Source of the DNA: Candidatus Atabeyarchaeum deiterrae
GTDB lineage: Archaea; Asgardarchaeota; Atabeyarchaeia; Atabeyarchaeales; Atabeyarchaeaceae
Length of the DNA stretch: 64,000 nt
Reading direction: 5' to 3'
Assembly (NCBI GenBank): GCA_037310415.1
Contig: CP147780.1
Span: 672,001-736,000 of the forward strand
Position 1 is the first letter of the stretch; the number at the start of each line of letters is the position of its first letter. The translations under genes and the position numbers were made by a program. The notes under the pieces are model-generated. The model made no database searches. It was not told where the DNA came from and was given only the letters and a program-made list of their open reading frames with translations. This document shows positions 1-7,719 of this stretch, in pieces.

Positions 1-633
1 AATCATTGAAAGCTTCTCAACTAACTCAGGCAGATAAGGATAGAGTGTCGGTTCTCCTTGTCCATCAATATGCAACTCGATGGATTGCGATCCCTTGAAT
101 TCGCATAATTTCCTTATCTCATCGACCATGTATCCAGGTTCGACAATGAAATCAGTCAAGCGGGTCTTCGAGTGTAATCCACTGTCGACGGAGCAGAAAG
201 GACAGTCGAGGACACACCCGGTTATTGGTCTAACCTGAATTAGGTTTGTTCCTCTATCGATTATCCCAAAATCAATCCGTCCTATCAAGGGGATCCCAGA
301 AGAGTCTGTCACATAGATGAGTCTGTTTCCAGTGATCCGATTCCTGAGCGTGCCGGGCAAATGTGCTGAGATGAAGTTGCTCGCAATGTCAACTAGTTTC
401 TGATCATCTACCCTATCACCGGAGGATGTATCAAGAATGAGCATCAATTCTCCGTCTTTAACTATAATATCAGCTCTTGATGTGTCACTTGTTAAACCCC
501 TTCTCATAAGGTTCCTCAGCCGAGCTAACGGTAACTCGCCAGCAATGATTCTGTGAAGATAGATAGTGATTATTCCACCATTGATTTCTGCTTCAATCGG
601 AAAGAGTTGAGACAAGTTGATTTCTCTTCTCAT
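1..633 (-). CDS. Radical SAM protein (archaeal COG2100-like), runs off the window start
   Basis: Not in the ORF track. ATG at 633; manual translation gives IQVRPITGCVLDCPFCSVD (CxxxCxxC motif) in frame. Confidence 0.85.
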   Translation of the reverse strand, partial: MRREINLSQLFPIEAEINGGIITIYLHRIIAGELPLARLRNLMRRGLTSDTSRADIIVKDGELMLILDTSSGDRVDDQKLVDIASNFISAHLPGTLRNRITGNRLIYVTDSSGIPLIGRIDFGIIDRGTNLIQVRPITGCVLDCPFCSVDSGLHSKTRLTDFIVEPGYMVDEIRKLCEFKGSQSIELHIDGQGEPTLYPYLPELVEKLSMI

Positions 634-808
634 TGAACTTCATCTTTCTCTGTCCAACAGATTTATAACAGGTCTTGAGATCCGATTCCATTGAAGAACC
701 ATACGGACTTGTCACATGAACACTAGTTCTACTGCGTGTTACTAACTTTTTGCTGTACGGGCGCAGCTGATAAACATGGTTATGTGCTGACTACCATTTA
801 ACCCTACA

Positions 809-1786
809 GTGAAGACCAAAATCAATGAGATTAGTTGTGCAGGCGGTCCGAAATTGAATAAATGCTCAAAGTGCGGTAGGAACGCTGTCACATTCAGGCC
901 CTACTCTGGTGAGTACTTATGTAAAGTATGCTTCACTGGATCAGTTGAAGATAAGGTTAGGAGAGCGATTACAGTCAACAGAATGCTGAAGGAAGATGAC
1001 AGAATAGCAGTAGGGCTCTCAGGTGGCAAGGACAGTGTGGTCTTACTACACATCATGAAGCAGATCGAAGAGAAATTTCCTAATTCACGACTCATGGCTC
1101 TTACGGTTGACGAGGGAATATCAGGTTATCGTGAAGAGAGTATAGCTGTAGCAAAGAGAAATGCATTGTTGCACGATATACCCCATTCTATATTCTCTTT
1201 TAAGGATCTTTTCGGCTACACAATCGATGAGATTATGCAAAATGGACGAGTGAAAAACTCGGGCGCTAGCGCATGTTCTTTTTGTGGGTCACTCAGGAGA
1301 AGGGCATTGAACCAGATGGCCAGAGAGCTCGGAGCCACAAAGCTAGCCGTTGGGCATAATTTGGATGATGAGTCTCAAAGCATACTCCTGAACGTGCTAC
1401 GGCCAGACATTCATCGCTTGGCTAAGTTGGTTCCGGCTACAAGTTCCGAATGTAAGAACTTCGTACCTCGAATTAAACCACTTCGGGCGATTCCTGAGCG
1501 GGAAACTGTTCTATATGCATATTACAAAGGAATAGAGTTCCACTCACAAGAATGCCCATACTCGTTTAATGTGCTCAGAGGCGACATTGAATCGATTTTG
1601 AACACTCTTGAAGCCAGGAACCCAGGAGTAAAATACGGTATACTCAGATTCTTGGAGGACTTAGCCCCCCTTCTCGAAAACTATAGACGAGATATCGATT
1701 TTACTCAATGTGAGTATTGTGGTGAGCCTTCTTCGGACACTCTCTGCAATGTGTGCAAACTCTTATCACACTTAGCTCAGAAATGA
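809..1786 (+). CDS. ttuA: tRNA 2-thiouridine synthesis protein (TtuA/Ncs6/TtcA family)
   Basis: PP-loop SGGKDS, CxxC motifs (ACSFCG, N- and C-terminal Zn fingers), GHNLDD, RIKPL. The true start may be slightly downstream. Confidence 0.88.
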   Translation: MKTKINEISCAGGPKLNKCSKCGRNAVTFRPYSGEYLCKVCFTGSVEDKVRRAITVNRMLKEDDRIAVGLSGGKDSVVLLHIMKQIEEKFPNSRLMALTVDEGISGYREESIAVAKRNALLHDIPHSIFSFKDLFGYTIDEIMQNGRVKNSGASACSFCGSLRRRALNQMARELGATKLAVGHNLDDESQSILLNVLRPDIHRLAKLVPATSSECKNFVPRIKPLRAIPERETVLYAYYKGIEFHSQECPYSFNVLRGDIESILNTLEARNPGVKYGILRFLEDLAPLLENYRRDIDFTQCEYCGEPSSDTLCNVCKLLSHLAQK

Positions 1787-1802
1787 GTAGTGAACATGGA
1801 AA

Positions 1803-2152
1803 GGGTTATGAACCCCGACTCTCGACATCCTTTACGCTCACCAGTACCCTTCTCTAGGGAATCCACCCCGTGAATCCGAAAGCGCACCCGGTCAAACTTA
1901 CGACTGCTGCCTCCCGGCTCTCGTCGGATTTGTCTACAACGGTCTTCTCCATCTCCCCTACAGGAGATGTTCGACCACCAGATGCCCTCCGGGGCGAGGC
2001 TTCATGTCCCTCGGAAAAGGCTGTATGAACGCTTGGAATGCCTCAAGCCGGCATTCGGCCCGCCGTATAGGGCGTTTGCGGTACAGGGGAGTTCTAGCCT
2101 ATGGCTGGGGATCAGTCTAGGTCCCTAGCCCCCCGCCTAGGCTCATAACCCC
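1803..2152 (-). ncRNA. ffs: Signal recognition particle (7S) RNA, with predicted 31-nt BHB intron
   Basis: Paired termini GGGTTATGAGCC/GGTTCATAACCC. Alu domain CTAGGC-GGGGGG...TCCCCTGTA...GCCGAA. Helix 6 CATCTCCT-GTAG-GGGAGATG. Helix 8 GAC-GAGA-GCC-GGGA-GGC-AGCA-GTC. TATA element about 25 nt upstream. Confidence 0.93.
2092..2122 (-). other. Predicted BHB (tRNA-type) intron within SRP RNA helix-3 loop
   Basis: GGGGGG[CTAG]GG^A-CCTA...TAGG[CTAG]AA^C-TCCCCT: 4-bp central helix, two 3-nt bulges, both flanking helices paired. Confidence 0.8.
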
Positions 2153-2163
2153 AATGTGGATAC

Positions 2164-2182
2164 CGAAAAATTAAATATAAAG
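2164..2182. promoter_or_regulatory. Shared/bidirectional BRE-TATA element for SRP RNA and tRNA-Ser
   Basis: CGAAAAATTAAATATAAAG between the divergent RNA genes; reads TTTATATTTA on the minus strand about 20-30 nt from the SRP 5' end. Confidence 0.65.
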
Positions 2183-2254
2183 ATTTCCTGATGTGGAGAT
2201 TAGGTGGTTTTTGGGCACCAACTGTGTTTGATGTCCTGATCCATGCGTATGCGT

Positions 2255-2396
2255 GCCGGGGTGTCCTAGAGAGACGAATTCGACCAGTCTCAGGGAACCT
2301 GGTAGGGAGCAGACAAAACCACTCTTGGTAATGGCTCATGCCTGCTAAGTCTGTGCCCGAAAGGGCGCGTGGGTTCAAATCCCACCCCCGGCGCCA
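2255..2396 (+). tRNA. tRNA-Ser(GCT), two introns (2270-2297 at 15/16; 2313-2339 at 29/30), CCA encoded
   Basis: Acceptor GCCGGGG/CCCCGGC, G73, long variable arm GCCC-GAAA-GGGC, T arm GTGGG-TTCAAAT-CCCAC, loop CT-GCT-AA. BHBs [TCCT]AG^A../[AGGG]AA^C and [GAGC]AG^A../[GCTC]AT^G. Confidence 0.92.
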
Positions 2397-2539
2397 AACT
2401 ATTAATGAGATTCTGGGGGATGAGTAGTACCTGTTGGGTGGGCTGAAAGCGGCGAGTAGTCAGATAGAGGTTCGGTGTCTGGCAAATTCCTCTTCCAAAT
2501 GCCATCTAGCTGGGAATCTGATCTCACATTCGAAACACC

Positions 2540-2980
2540 GTGTCGGGGGCAATCATTGTGGGGTACGAATTCCTTGAACACACTGCTGACGTTATGGTTG
2601 AAGCGCACGGGGGATCCCTTGAGGAAGCATTCTGCTTTGCTGCCAAAGCCATGTTCGATACGATGGTTGACTTGTCGAAAGTTGTGCCGAAATCAAGTGT
2701 GAATGTTGAGGTTTCGGCAAGTGACGTCGAAGGTTTGTTGTACTTGTGGCTCGAGGAACTGCTTTTCAGGTTTGATGTCGAGAGGATGGTTTTCTCAGAA
2801 TTCAGATTCCAATTCATCGAGAAAGAAGATGCCCTGATCGGTAGGGGAATTGCAGAGGGTGAGCCTTACGACCCTAAGAAGCATTTGGGGAAAACCGAGG
2901 TAAAAGCAGTAACATACGAAGAAATGCTGATAGTTAAGAGCGATAGGGGTTTCAAGGTTAGGTTCATTCTCGATATATGA
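2540..2980 (+). CDS. Archease (RtcB RNA ligase cofactor)
   Basis: YEFLEHTADV, EVKAVTY and C-terminal FILDI signature motifs. Confidence 0.95.
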   Translation: MSGAIIVGYEFLEHTADVMVEAHGGSLEEAFCFAAKAMFDTMVDLSKVVPKSSVNVEVSASDVEGLLYLWLEELLFRFDVERMVFSEFRFQFIEKEDALIGRGIAEGEPYDPKKHLGKTEVKAVTYEEMLIVKSDRGFKVRFILDI

Positions 2981-3192
2981 TAGATCGATCGGTTCCTTTA
3001 TCAATTGTCGATTAATCGCCAACTGTTAGGGATTTGCCGAAGTATGATCCCTTCAAGACATAACACTTTTATTTGATCAGCAATAGGAGTAGTAGTTCAA
3101 ATCCCGGCATCATTGATGACTGTTCTTAGAATGATATGCATTGTCCATGACAACAGGTCTTTATGAGTTAGGTCCATTGAGGACGATCAAAG

Positions 3193-4083
3193 ATGACTTC
3201 GTTTAACTTCGACCCCGTCAGCATTCTAATTGGTTTACTAGTTGTTGGTGGTTTCGGTGTTTTTTCAATGAAAGTAAAAGCGGTCAACTTCTCTGGTTTA
3301 ATAGCAGGTCTAGTAGTAGGGCTTTCAGTCTGGGTCTTCGGGGGCTGGTATTGGTTTGTTTTGATCCTGACATTTCACTTGGTCACCGCTCAGTTCACAC
3401 ATTTCAAGTATGAATTCAAGAGGAAACTCGGTGTCGCGGAAGGGAAGCATGGAGCAAGGGCGTGGGGAAATGTTTTTGCTAACGGAGGAATCCCAGCAGT
3501 CTTCGCCATTTTCGAGAGAATATACCCGATTTACTTGACTGGAAGCGCAGACATATTCTTCGCCGCTTTCATAGGAGCGATATCTACCACAACCGCAGAC
3601 ACACTTGCCACCGAAATCGGGTTGCTTTATCCAAGAGAGCCCAGACTCATCACCAATCTCAAGACAAAAGTTGTACCCGGAACATCTGGAGGCATATCAC
3701 CTCTTGGTGAAGCAGCTATAATCGGAGGCGGCCTTTTGATAGGGTCCGTGGCTTGGCTTCTCGCTATTACGACGAGACTGATACCAAGTGAAGGCATTCT
3801 CGGTTTTGGTCCAAACCTGCTTATCATATGTGTCGTGTCGGCCTTCTTTGGAAGCACCATTGACAGTTTTCTTGGCGCAACTCTGCAGGGATCGTACAAG
3901 TGTAAGGCATGCCACAAGATAACAGAGCATAGAGTTCACTGCGACGAGCCAGCAGAGCTTATGAGAGGTAGCAGATTACTCGGAAACAACTGGGTTAACT
4001 TCATTTCATCCCTTTCAGGTGCCGTTGTAGCAATCCTCATGTTTTACTTCAGCATACAGTTCCCTCTAGTTCGAACGATTTAG
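3193..4083 (+). CDS. DUF92/TMEM19-family membrane protein
   Basis: Multi-TM; NVFANGG, ADTLATEIG, GTSGGIS, DSFLGATLQ, inserted CxxC..HC, NNWVN. Confidence 0.88.
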   Translation: MTSFNFDPVSILIGLLVVGGFGVFSMKVKAVNFSGLIAGLVVGLSVWVFGGWYWFVLILTFHLVTAQFTHFKYEFKRKLGVAEGKHGARAWGNVFANGGIPAVFAIFERIYPIYLTGSADIFFAAFIGAISTTTADTLATEIGLLYPREPRLITNLKTKVVPGTSGGISPLGEAAIIGGGLLIGSVAWLLAITTRLIPSEGILGFGPNLLIICVVSAFFGSTIDSFLGATLQGSYKCKACHKITEHRVHCDEPAELMRGSRLLGNNWVNFISSLSGAVVAILMFYFSIQFPLVRTI

Positions 4084-4101
4084 GAATCGTTGGCGAGGGT
4101 C

Positions 4102-4338
4102 TTACTTCTTCGAAGCATAGTAGCTGTCAATAAACTCTCCATAGACATCTACCTGCTCGGTGAGTTTGCCGACAGCAAGCTTGCTGTTTATTCCACAGTT
4201 ACCACATCTGACTGAAGCTTCATGGTGACTCTTGTCTATCATTATCTTGACTGATTTGTTTCCGCATGAGGGACACGTAAAAAGCACCGGCACTCTTCTT
4301 GGAATTCTTTTGATAACCTTCCTGCGTCTTCTGCCCAT
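4102..4338 (-). CDS. elf1: Transcription elongation factor Elf1 homolog
   Basis: MGRRRRK basic N-terminus, FTCPSCG..CGNCG zinc ribbon, VDVYGEFID. Confidence 0.9.
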   Translation of the reverse strand: MGRRRRKVIKRIPRRVPVLFTCPSCGNKSVKIMIDKSHHEASVRCGNCGINSKLAVGKLTEQVDVYGEFIDSYYASKK

Positions 4339-4423
4339 CTCAAACACAACCATATCTTCGTACGCCGTTCTAAAAGTAACTCATGGTCGGCTTAGCTCAG
4401 TTTTCGTCATAACAATGTCCCTT

Positions 4424-6193
4424 CTAGATAATAAACTCGTTTCTGATGTGTTCAAGCAGTGACCTTGCTTCAATTCTGGGGTCGGGTTTAACTATTCTGA
4501 TAACTCTGAGTTCACTCCTGTTCAACTTCTGATTCAGAGAGCACCTCCCTACCAGGATCACGTCTGTGCCGAGAACATTTGAGAGCATTGATGCATTTTC
4601 TTTTGTGTTGCCTTCTATGCCAGAAAGCAGCTCATCAGCTCTCATGTCCAGCAGTTCTTCGCCAATCTTTCCTGACAACGTGCATTTTACTATAGCGGTT
4701 CCATCATCAAGGGTTAGGCTGTATAGAACTCTTGGCATGGGGGTATCGATGCTGCCATGTTCTATGCAGAGCCATTTTTCTTCTTTCTTGTCAACTTTTC
4801 TGAAGCATTTCGGACATGCCATATAGACTAGAGGTCTATCTTGGACTTTCGTGATCAACCCTCTGATTTCAGCGACCTCCCCATCCTTCAGTTCGACTAT
4901 CTTCTTCCTATGGACTCTGTTATCTCTGTCTTCTACCCGTGCGAGATCATATCTTAATCCACGATCTGCCAACGCGATCCTTTCTATGCCGTTCTTGACA
5001 GTGACCAAATTCGAATCTCTGATATGTACTTCTACCTCAGCGTTTATTCCACGTCTTATGTTTCCTTCTCTGATTGCGATGCTGTCACCTTTTCTCAGCT
5101 CTCTAAGATTCTCAGCATCTTCGTCCCATGCCACAACTCTAATCGATGAAGTGTTGTCAGCCAGAATGAATGAGAGTATCTTACCTTTCACACCATTACT
5201 GCGGGTGAACTCTCTAAGAAGAGGCTCATCAGCTATCAAACCCTCTAGGGCAACACCTCGTGTTCTCCGCTCACTTTCAATAATTCCCTTGGCTTTCTCG
5301 ATTCCAGTCGTACCGACCACAGCAGTTACTGAAGGGACCATTTTGACAGCTGATGATGCGTTGATATGGATTTCGATTCCACCATTTCTATTTAAGCGTG
5401 CTTGTCCCGAGCGAATCTCCATAATGTCCCCTATTCTAGCATTTTCCACAAGAGATGTTTTGTCATCCCAGAAGACCACCCGCGCACTGGCTCCAGTCTC
5501 ATCTCCTATGATCAGGCTTGACAGCCGGACTTCCCTTCCTTCCTTGGTTCGCACGGATCTCGTACCGAAAACTCTCTGAACAAGCCCTTTAACATTAACT
5601 TCTCTCATTTCAGGTCTCAGTTCGTTGACTTTCATACTCCTCGCCAAGTCTGGAGGAAAGTCACTTTCCCTAGTATCATGAGGGTTGATTTCTATTCGTC
5701 CTCTTCTACCAACATGCAGTTCAATCTTTTCCCCTAAGTCCTCTTTTACATAGCCATCATGGATTCTGACGATACTGCCCTCGTTGACATTGTTAGTTTG
5801 AACGAAACTGGTCGCTTCGCCCCATAATACGGTCTTCGCTTCTCCACTCTTGTCGGCGATGACTAGGTCTGTTACAAATCCCTTGTTGCCGTTTCTGTCA
5901 GTGTACTCCCTTACAGGATTGACTCTCATGACCCTGCCAGTGATTGTGACATTACTCATTCCCGTAACAAGATCGCCAATCGTGAGACTGAGATCCTCAT
6001 CATCAAGATCTGGATAGATCTCTACGCCGAGCTCCTTTGCAACTAGATCGGCGGCTCCTTCATCACTTATCATCCAACTGAGTGTGCTTTTCTTCTTGTC
6101 AATCAGCTCGAAGACTTGTTTTCTGGATAACCCTTTTTCCTCAACTATTCTACTCACTATTTCGTCAAGCGCCACTCTTGGTAGTCTATTCAT
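4424..6193 (-). CDS. rpa: Replication protein A, large subunit (multi-OB-fold, C-terminal Zn finger)
   Basis: Repeated OB-fold motifs (IADKSGEAKTVLWG, IGDETGASARVVFWD, LADNTSSIRVVAWD, LDDGT); CPKC..CIEH. Confidence 0.88.
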   Translation of the reverse strand: MNRLPRVALDEIVSRIVEEKGLSRKQVFELIDKKKSTLSWMISDEGAADLVAKELGVEIYPDLDDEDLSLTIGDLVTGMSNVTITGRVMRVNPVREYTDRNGNKGFVTDLVIADKSGEAKTVLWGEATSFVQTNNVNEGSIVRIHDGYVKEDLGEKIELHVGRRGRIEINPHDTRESDFPPDLARSMKVNELRPEMREVNVKGLVQRVFGTRSVRTKEGREVRLSSLIIGDETGASARVVFWDDKTSLVENARIGDIMEIRSGQARLNRNGGIEIHINASSAVKMVPSVTAVVGTTGIEKAKGIIESERRTRGVALEGLIADEPLLREFTRSNGVKGKILSFILADNTSSIRVVAWDEDAENLRELRKGDSIAIREGNIRRGINAEVEVHIRDSNLVTVKNGIERIALADRGLRYDLARVEDRDNRVHRKKIVELKDGEVAEIRGLITKVQDRPLVYMACPKCFRKVDKKEEKWLCIEHGSIDTPMPRVLYSLTLDDGTAIVKCTLSGKIGEELLDMRADELLSGIEGNTKENASMLSNVLGTDVILVGRCSLNQKLNRSELRVIRIVKPDPRIEARSLLEHIRNEFII

Positions 6194-6640
6194 TCTTCGT
6201 TAGCCTCGTGAACTCACTAATATTGATATTACAGATGCAGAGTCTTAAAGCTCTCTAATTGCTTCTGAAACTGGGCGGAGTCCGAAGCAAAAAAGGAAAT
6301 AGCCCCCTGCTTCAGTGAACGCATTCACTCATTCTATTGCTTTCCTTCCCAGAACTTCGGTATATATTCCTAGATCTGTTCTAAGAAATGGATTGACTGT
6401 CTTGTCGTGTTCCTGCTTCATATCCCTTATAAACTAAGCAATCTGGCTACGGGATTCCGTCGCCTTGGCCATGAGGTCTTCAATCAATTGCGGCCAGCGA
6501 CGTAGGCTTTGACTTCGAGGAATGCTTCTATTACTAAGCTTTTCTAACTATCCTTCAAGACCATATGACGGAGCACCCAATGTATGTTCTCATCGGGTGA
6601 TAGAGTGCACGCGGAGAGGTGAAAGGGTTTCTCAGAAGAA

Positions 6641-6754
6641 TTAGACAACTGATTTTTCCTCTTCTCCGAATATCTGATACGCGAGAATGAACACGACAGC
6701 CACACCGATCAAAACCCACAGGATCGTGAGGAGCGTGTCAAAGGCTGCTGCCAC
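6641..6754 (-). CDS. Small single-pass membrane protein (37 aa)
   Basis: Below the ORF-track cutoff: MAAAFDTLLTILWVLIGVAVVFILAYQIFGEEEKSVV. GTG start, upstream AGGAGATGA SD-like motif, AT-rich promoter-like segment near 6805-6815. Confidence 0.6.
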   Translation of the reverse strand: MAAAFDTLLTILWVLIGVAVVFILAYQIFGEEEKSVV

Positions 6755-6840
6755 TATTCATCATCTCCTGTTTGGCTCTCGACCTACGTGAAGTAAGAAT
6801 GGGTATTTATTATTTCTCTCTTTTGTAGGGCTCTCCTGTT

Positions 6841-7170
6841 CTAGGGGTCCTGTCTCGCGACTCTTCGCAATCCCCTCATGAAGGTCAGATATCGGCTGTC
6901 ATCCAAGGGTTCCAACTCATATGTGTGCAACGCCTCAGCTATCGTCTTGGCTAAGAGATGGTAACAGCAAAGGAACTTTCTTCTTATAATCACGTTGAGG
7001 TAGAAGTCATCACAAGTGCAGTAAAAGTCATCTATTACAAAGTAATTCATTTTCTTACCTTTTACAGTCCAAGCTTCGCGCCCGCTTGGACCAAAAACAT
7101 GCTTGATGACACTTCCTTCTATGGCAGCCCTGATTCCTTTCCAGAATCGTTCTCCGTATCTCGCGGACAT
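6841..7170 (-). CDS. SWIM zinc-finger protein
   Basis: WTVKG..Y.V..YCTCDDF..CYHLLA (CxC-xn-CxH). Confidence 0.8.
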   Translation of the reverse strand: MSARYGERFWKGIRAAIEGSVIKHVFGPSGREAWTVKGKKMNYFVIDDFYCTCDDFYLNVIIRRKFLCCYHLLAKTIAEALHTYELEPLDDSRYLTFMRGLRRVARQDP

Positions 7171-7292
7171 ACCTCTTAGCTCACTGCCTGAAACCTGTCC
7201 ACTCTTCTTAATCTTGGCTAGACTTTGGTCGTCTCTAAGCAGACTGAATCCCCTCGCTTGCTAAAGATCGATGTCTCAAATATGATAGTATG

Positions 7293-7457
7293 TGGGCGAG
7301 GCCGGATTTGAACCGGCGACCTCAGGTTGCTATCGATCCATTGCGAGCAATCTCCTGCTCCCACTCTGCGGCAACATCCCATATGATGCATGTTGCTTAG
7401 GCAGGAATCATGGCCAGCCTAGGGATTCTCTTGAACTCCTATCTAGACTACCCGCCC
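7293..7457 (-). tRNA. tRNA-Pro(TGG), three introns (7417-7440 D-loop; 7364-7398 at 33/34; 7321-7351 at 45/46)
   Basis: Acceptor GGGCGGG/CTCGCCC, A73. Anticodon stem CCTGC/GCAGG, spliced loop CT-TGG-GA. T arm GCCGG-TTCAAAT-CCGGC. Three BHB-like junctions. Confidence 0.85.
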
Positions 7458-7620
7458 ATTCCTCTTTTGCCTTGGACAAGCACCTTCATTCTCAATCATT
7501 AACCCTGTTTCTTCTTAATTCTCTTTTTATGCAGACATGGCACCTGAGAGACTGGCAGAGGCTGAATATAGGGTCTTTAAATATATATGTAACTCTTTTA
7601 TCCCAAGAGAAGGAAAGATT

Positions 7621-7713
7621 GCCGCCGTAGCTCAGTCGGTCAGAGCGCCAGCCTTGTAATGCACCAGACATGACAGTTGGTGGTCGCGAGTTCGACTCTC
7701 GCCGGCGGCTCCA
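7621..7713 (+). tRNA. tRNA-Thr(TGT), canonical 37/38 intron (7659-7674), CCA encoded
   Basis: GCCGCCG/CGGCGGC acceptor, GCTC/GAGC D stem, loop CT-TGT-A^..^A, TTCGACT T loop; TTTAAATATATAT upstream. Confidence 0.95.
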
Positions 7714-7719
7714 AAATTA

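Noticed and set aside
1803-2152. Permuted or circular SRP RNA as in Thermoproteus
   Set aside because: Domain order is the normal Alu then S domain with paired termini; the BHB is internal.
3113-3170. C/D-like pattern TGATGA..ATGA..ATGA before the DUF92 gene
   Set aside because: D boxes are not CTGA and there is no terminal stem.
4851-5579. Long antisense ORFs (also 25411-26121, 38922-39560, 59894-60460)
   Set aside because: They are fully opposite well-supported genes and have Ser-rich shadow composition.
6329-6547. Minus-strand 73-codon frame with an internal TAG (6434-6436); possible pyrrolysine readthrough or pseudogene
   Set aside because: No recognisable homology, further stops upstream, and no pyl genes in the window.
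7361-7400. Reading the triple-intron tRNA as His(GTG)
   Set aside because: It would need an 8-nt loop; the BHB cuts give CT-TGG-GA (Pro).
7292-7630. 112-aa ORF, and the similar ORFs at 2112-2505
   Set aside because: These are antisense shadows of the tRNA/SRP genes (GFEP peptides come from T-arm complements).
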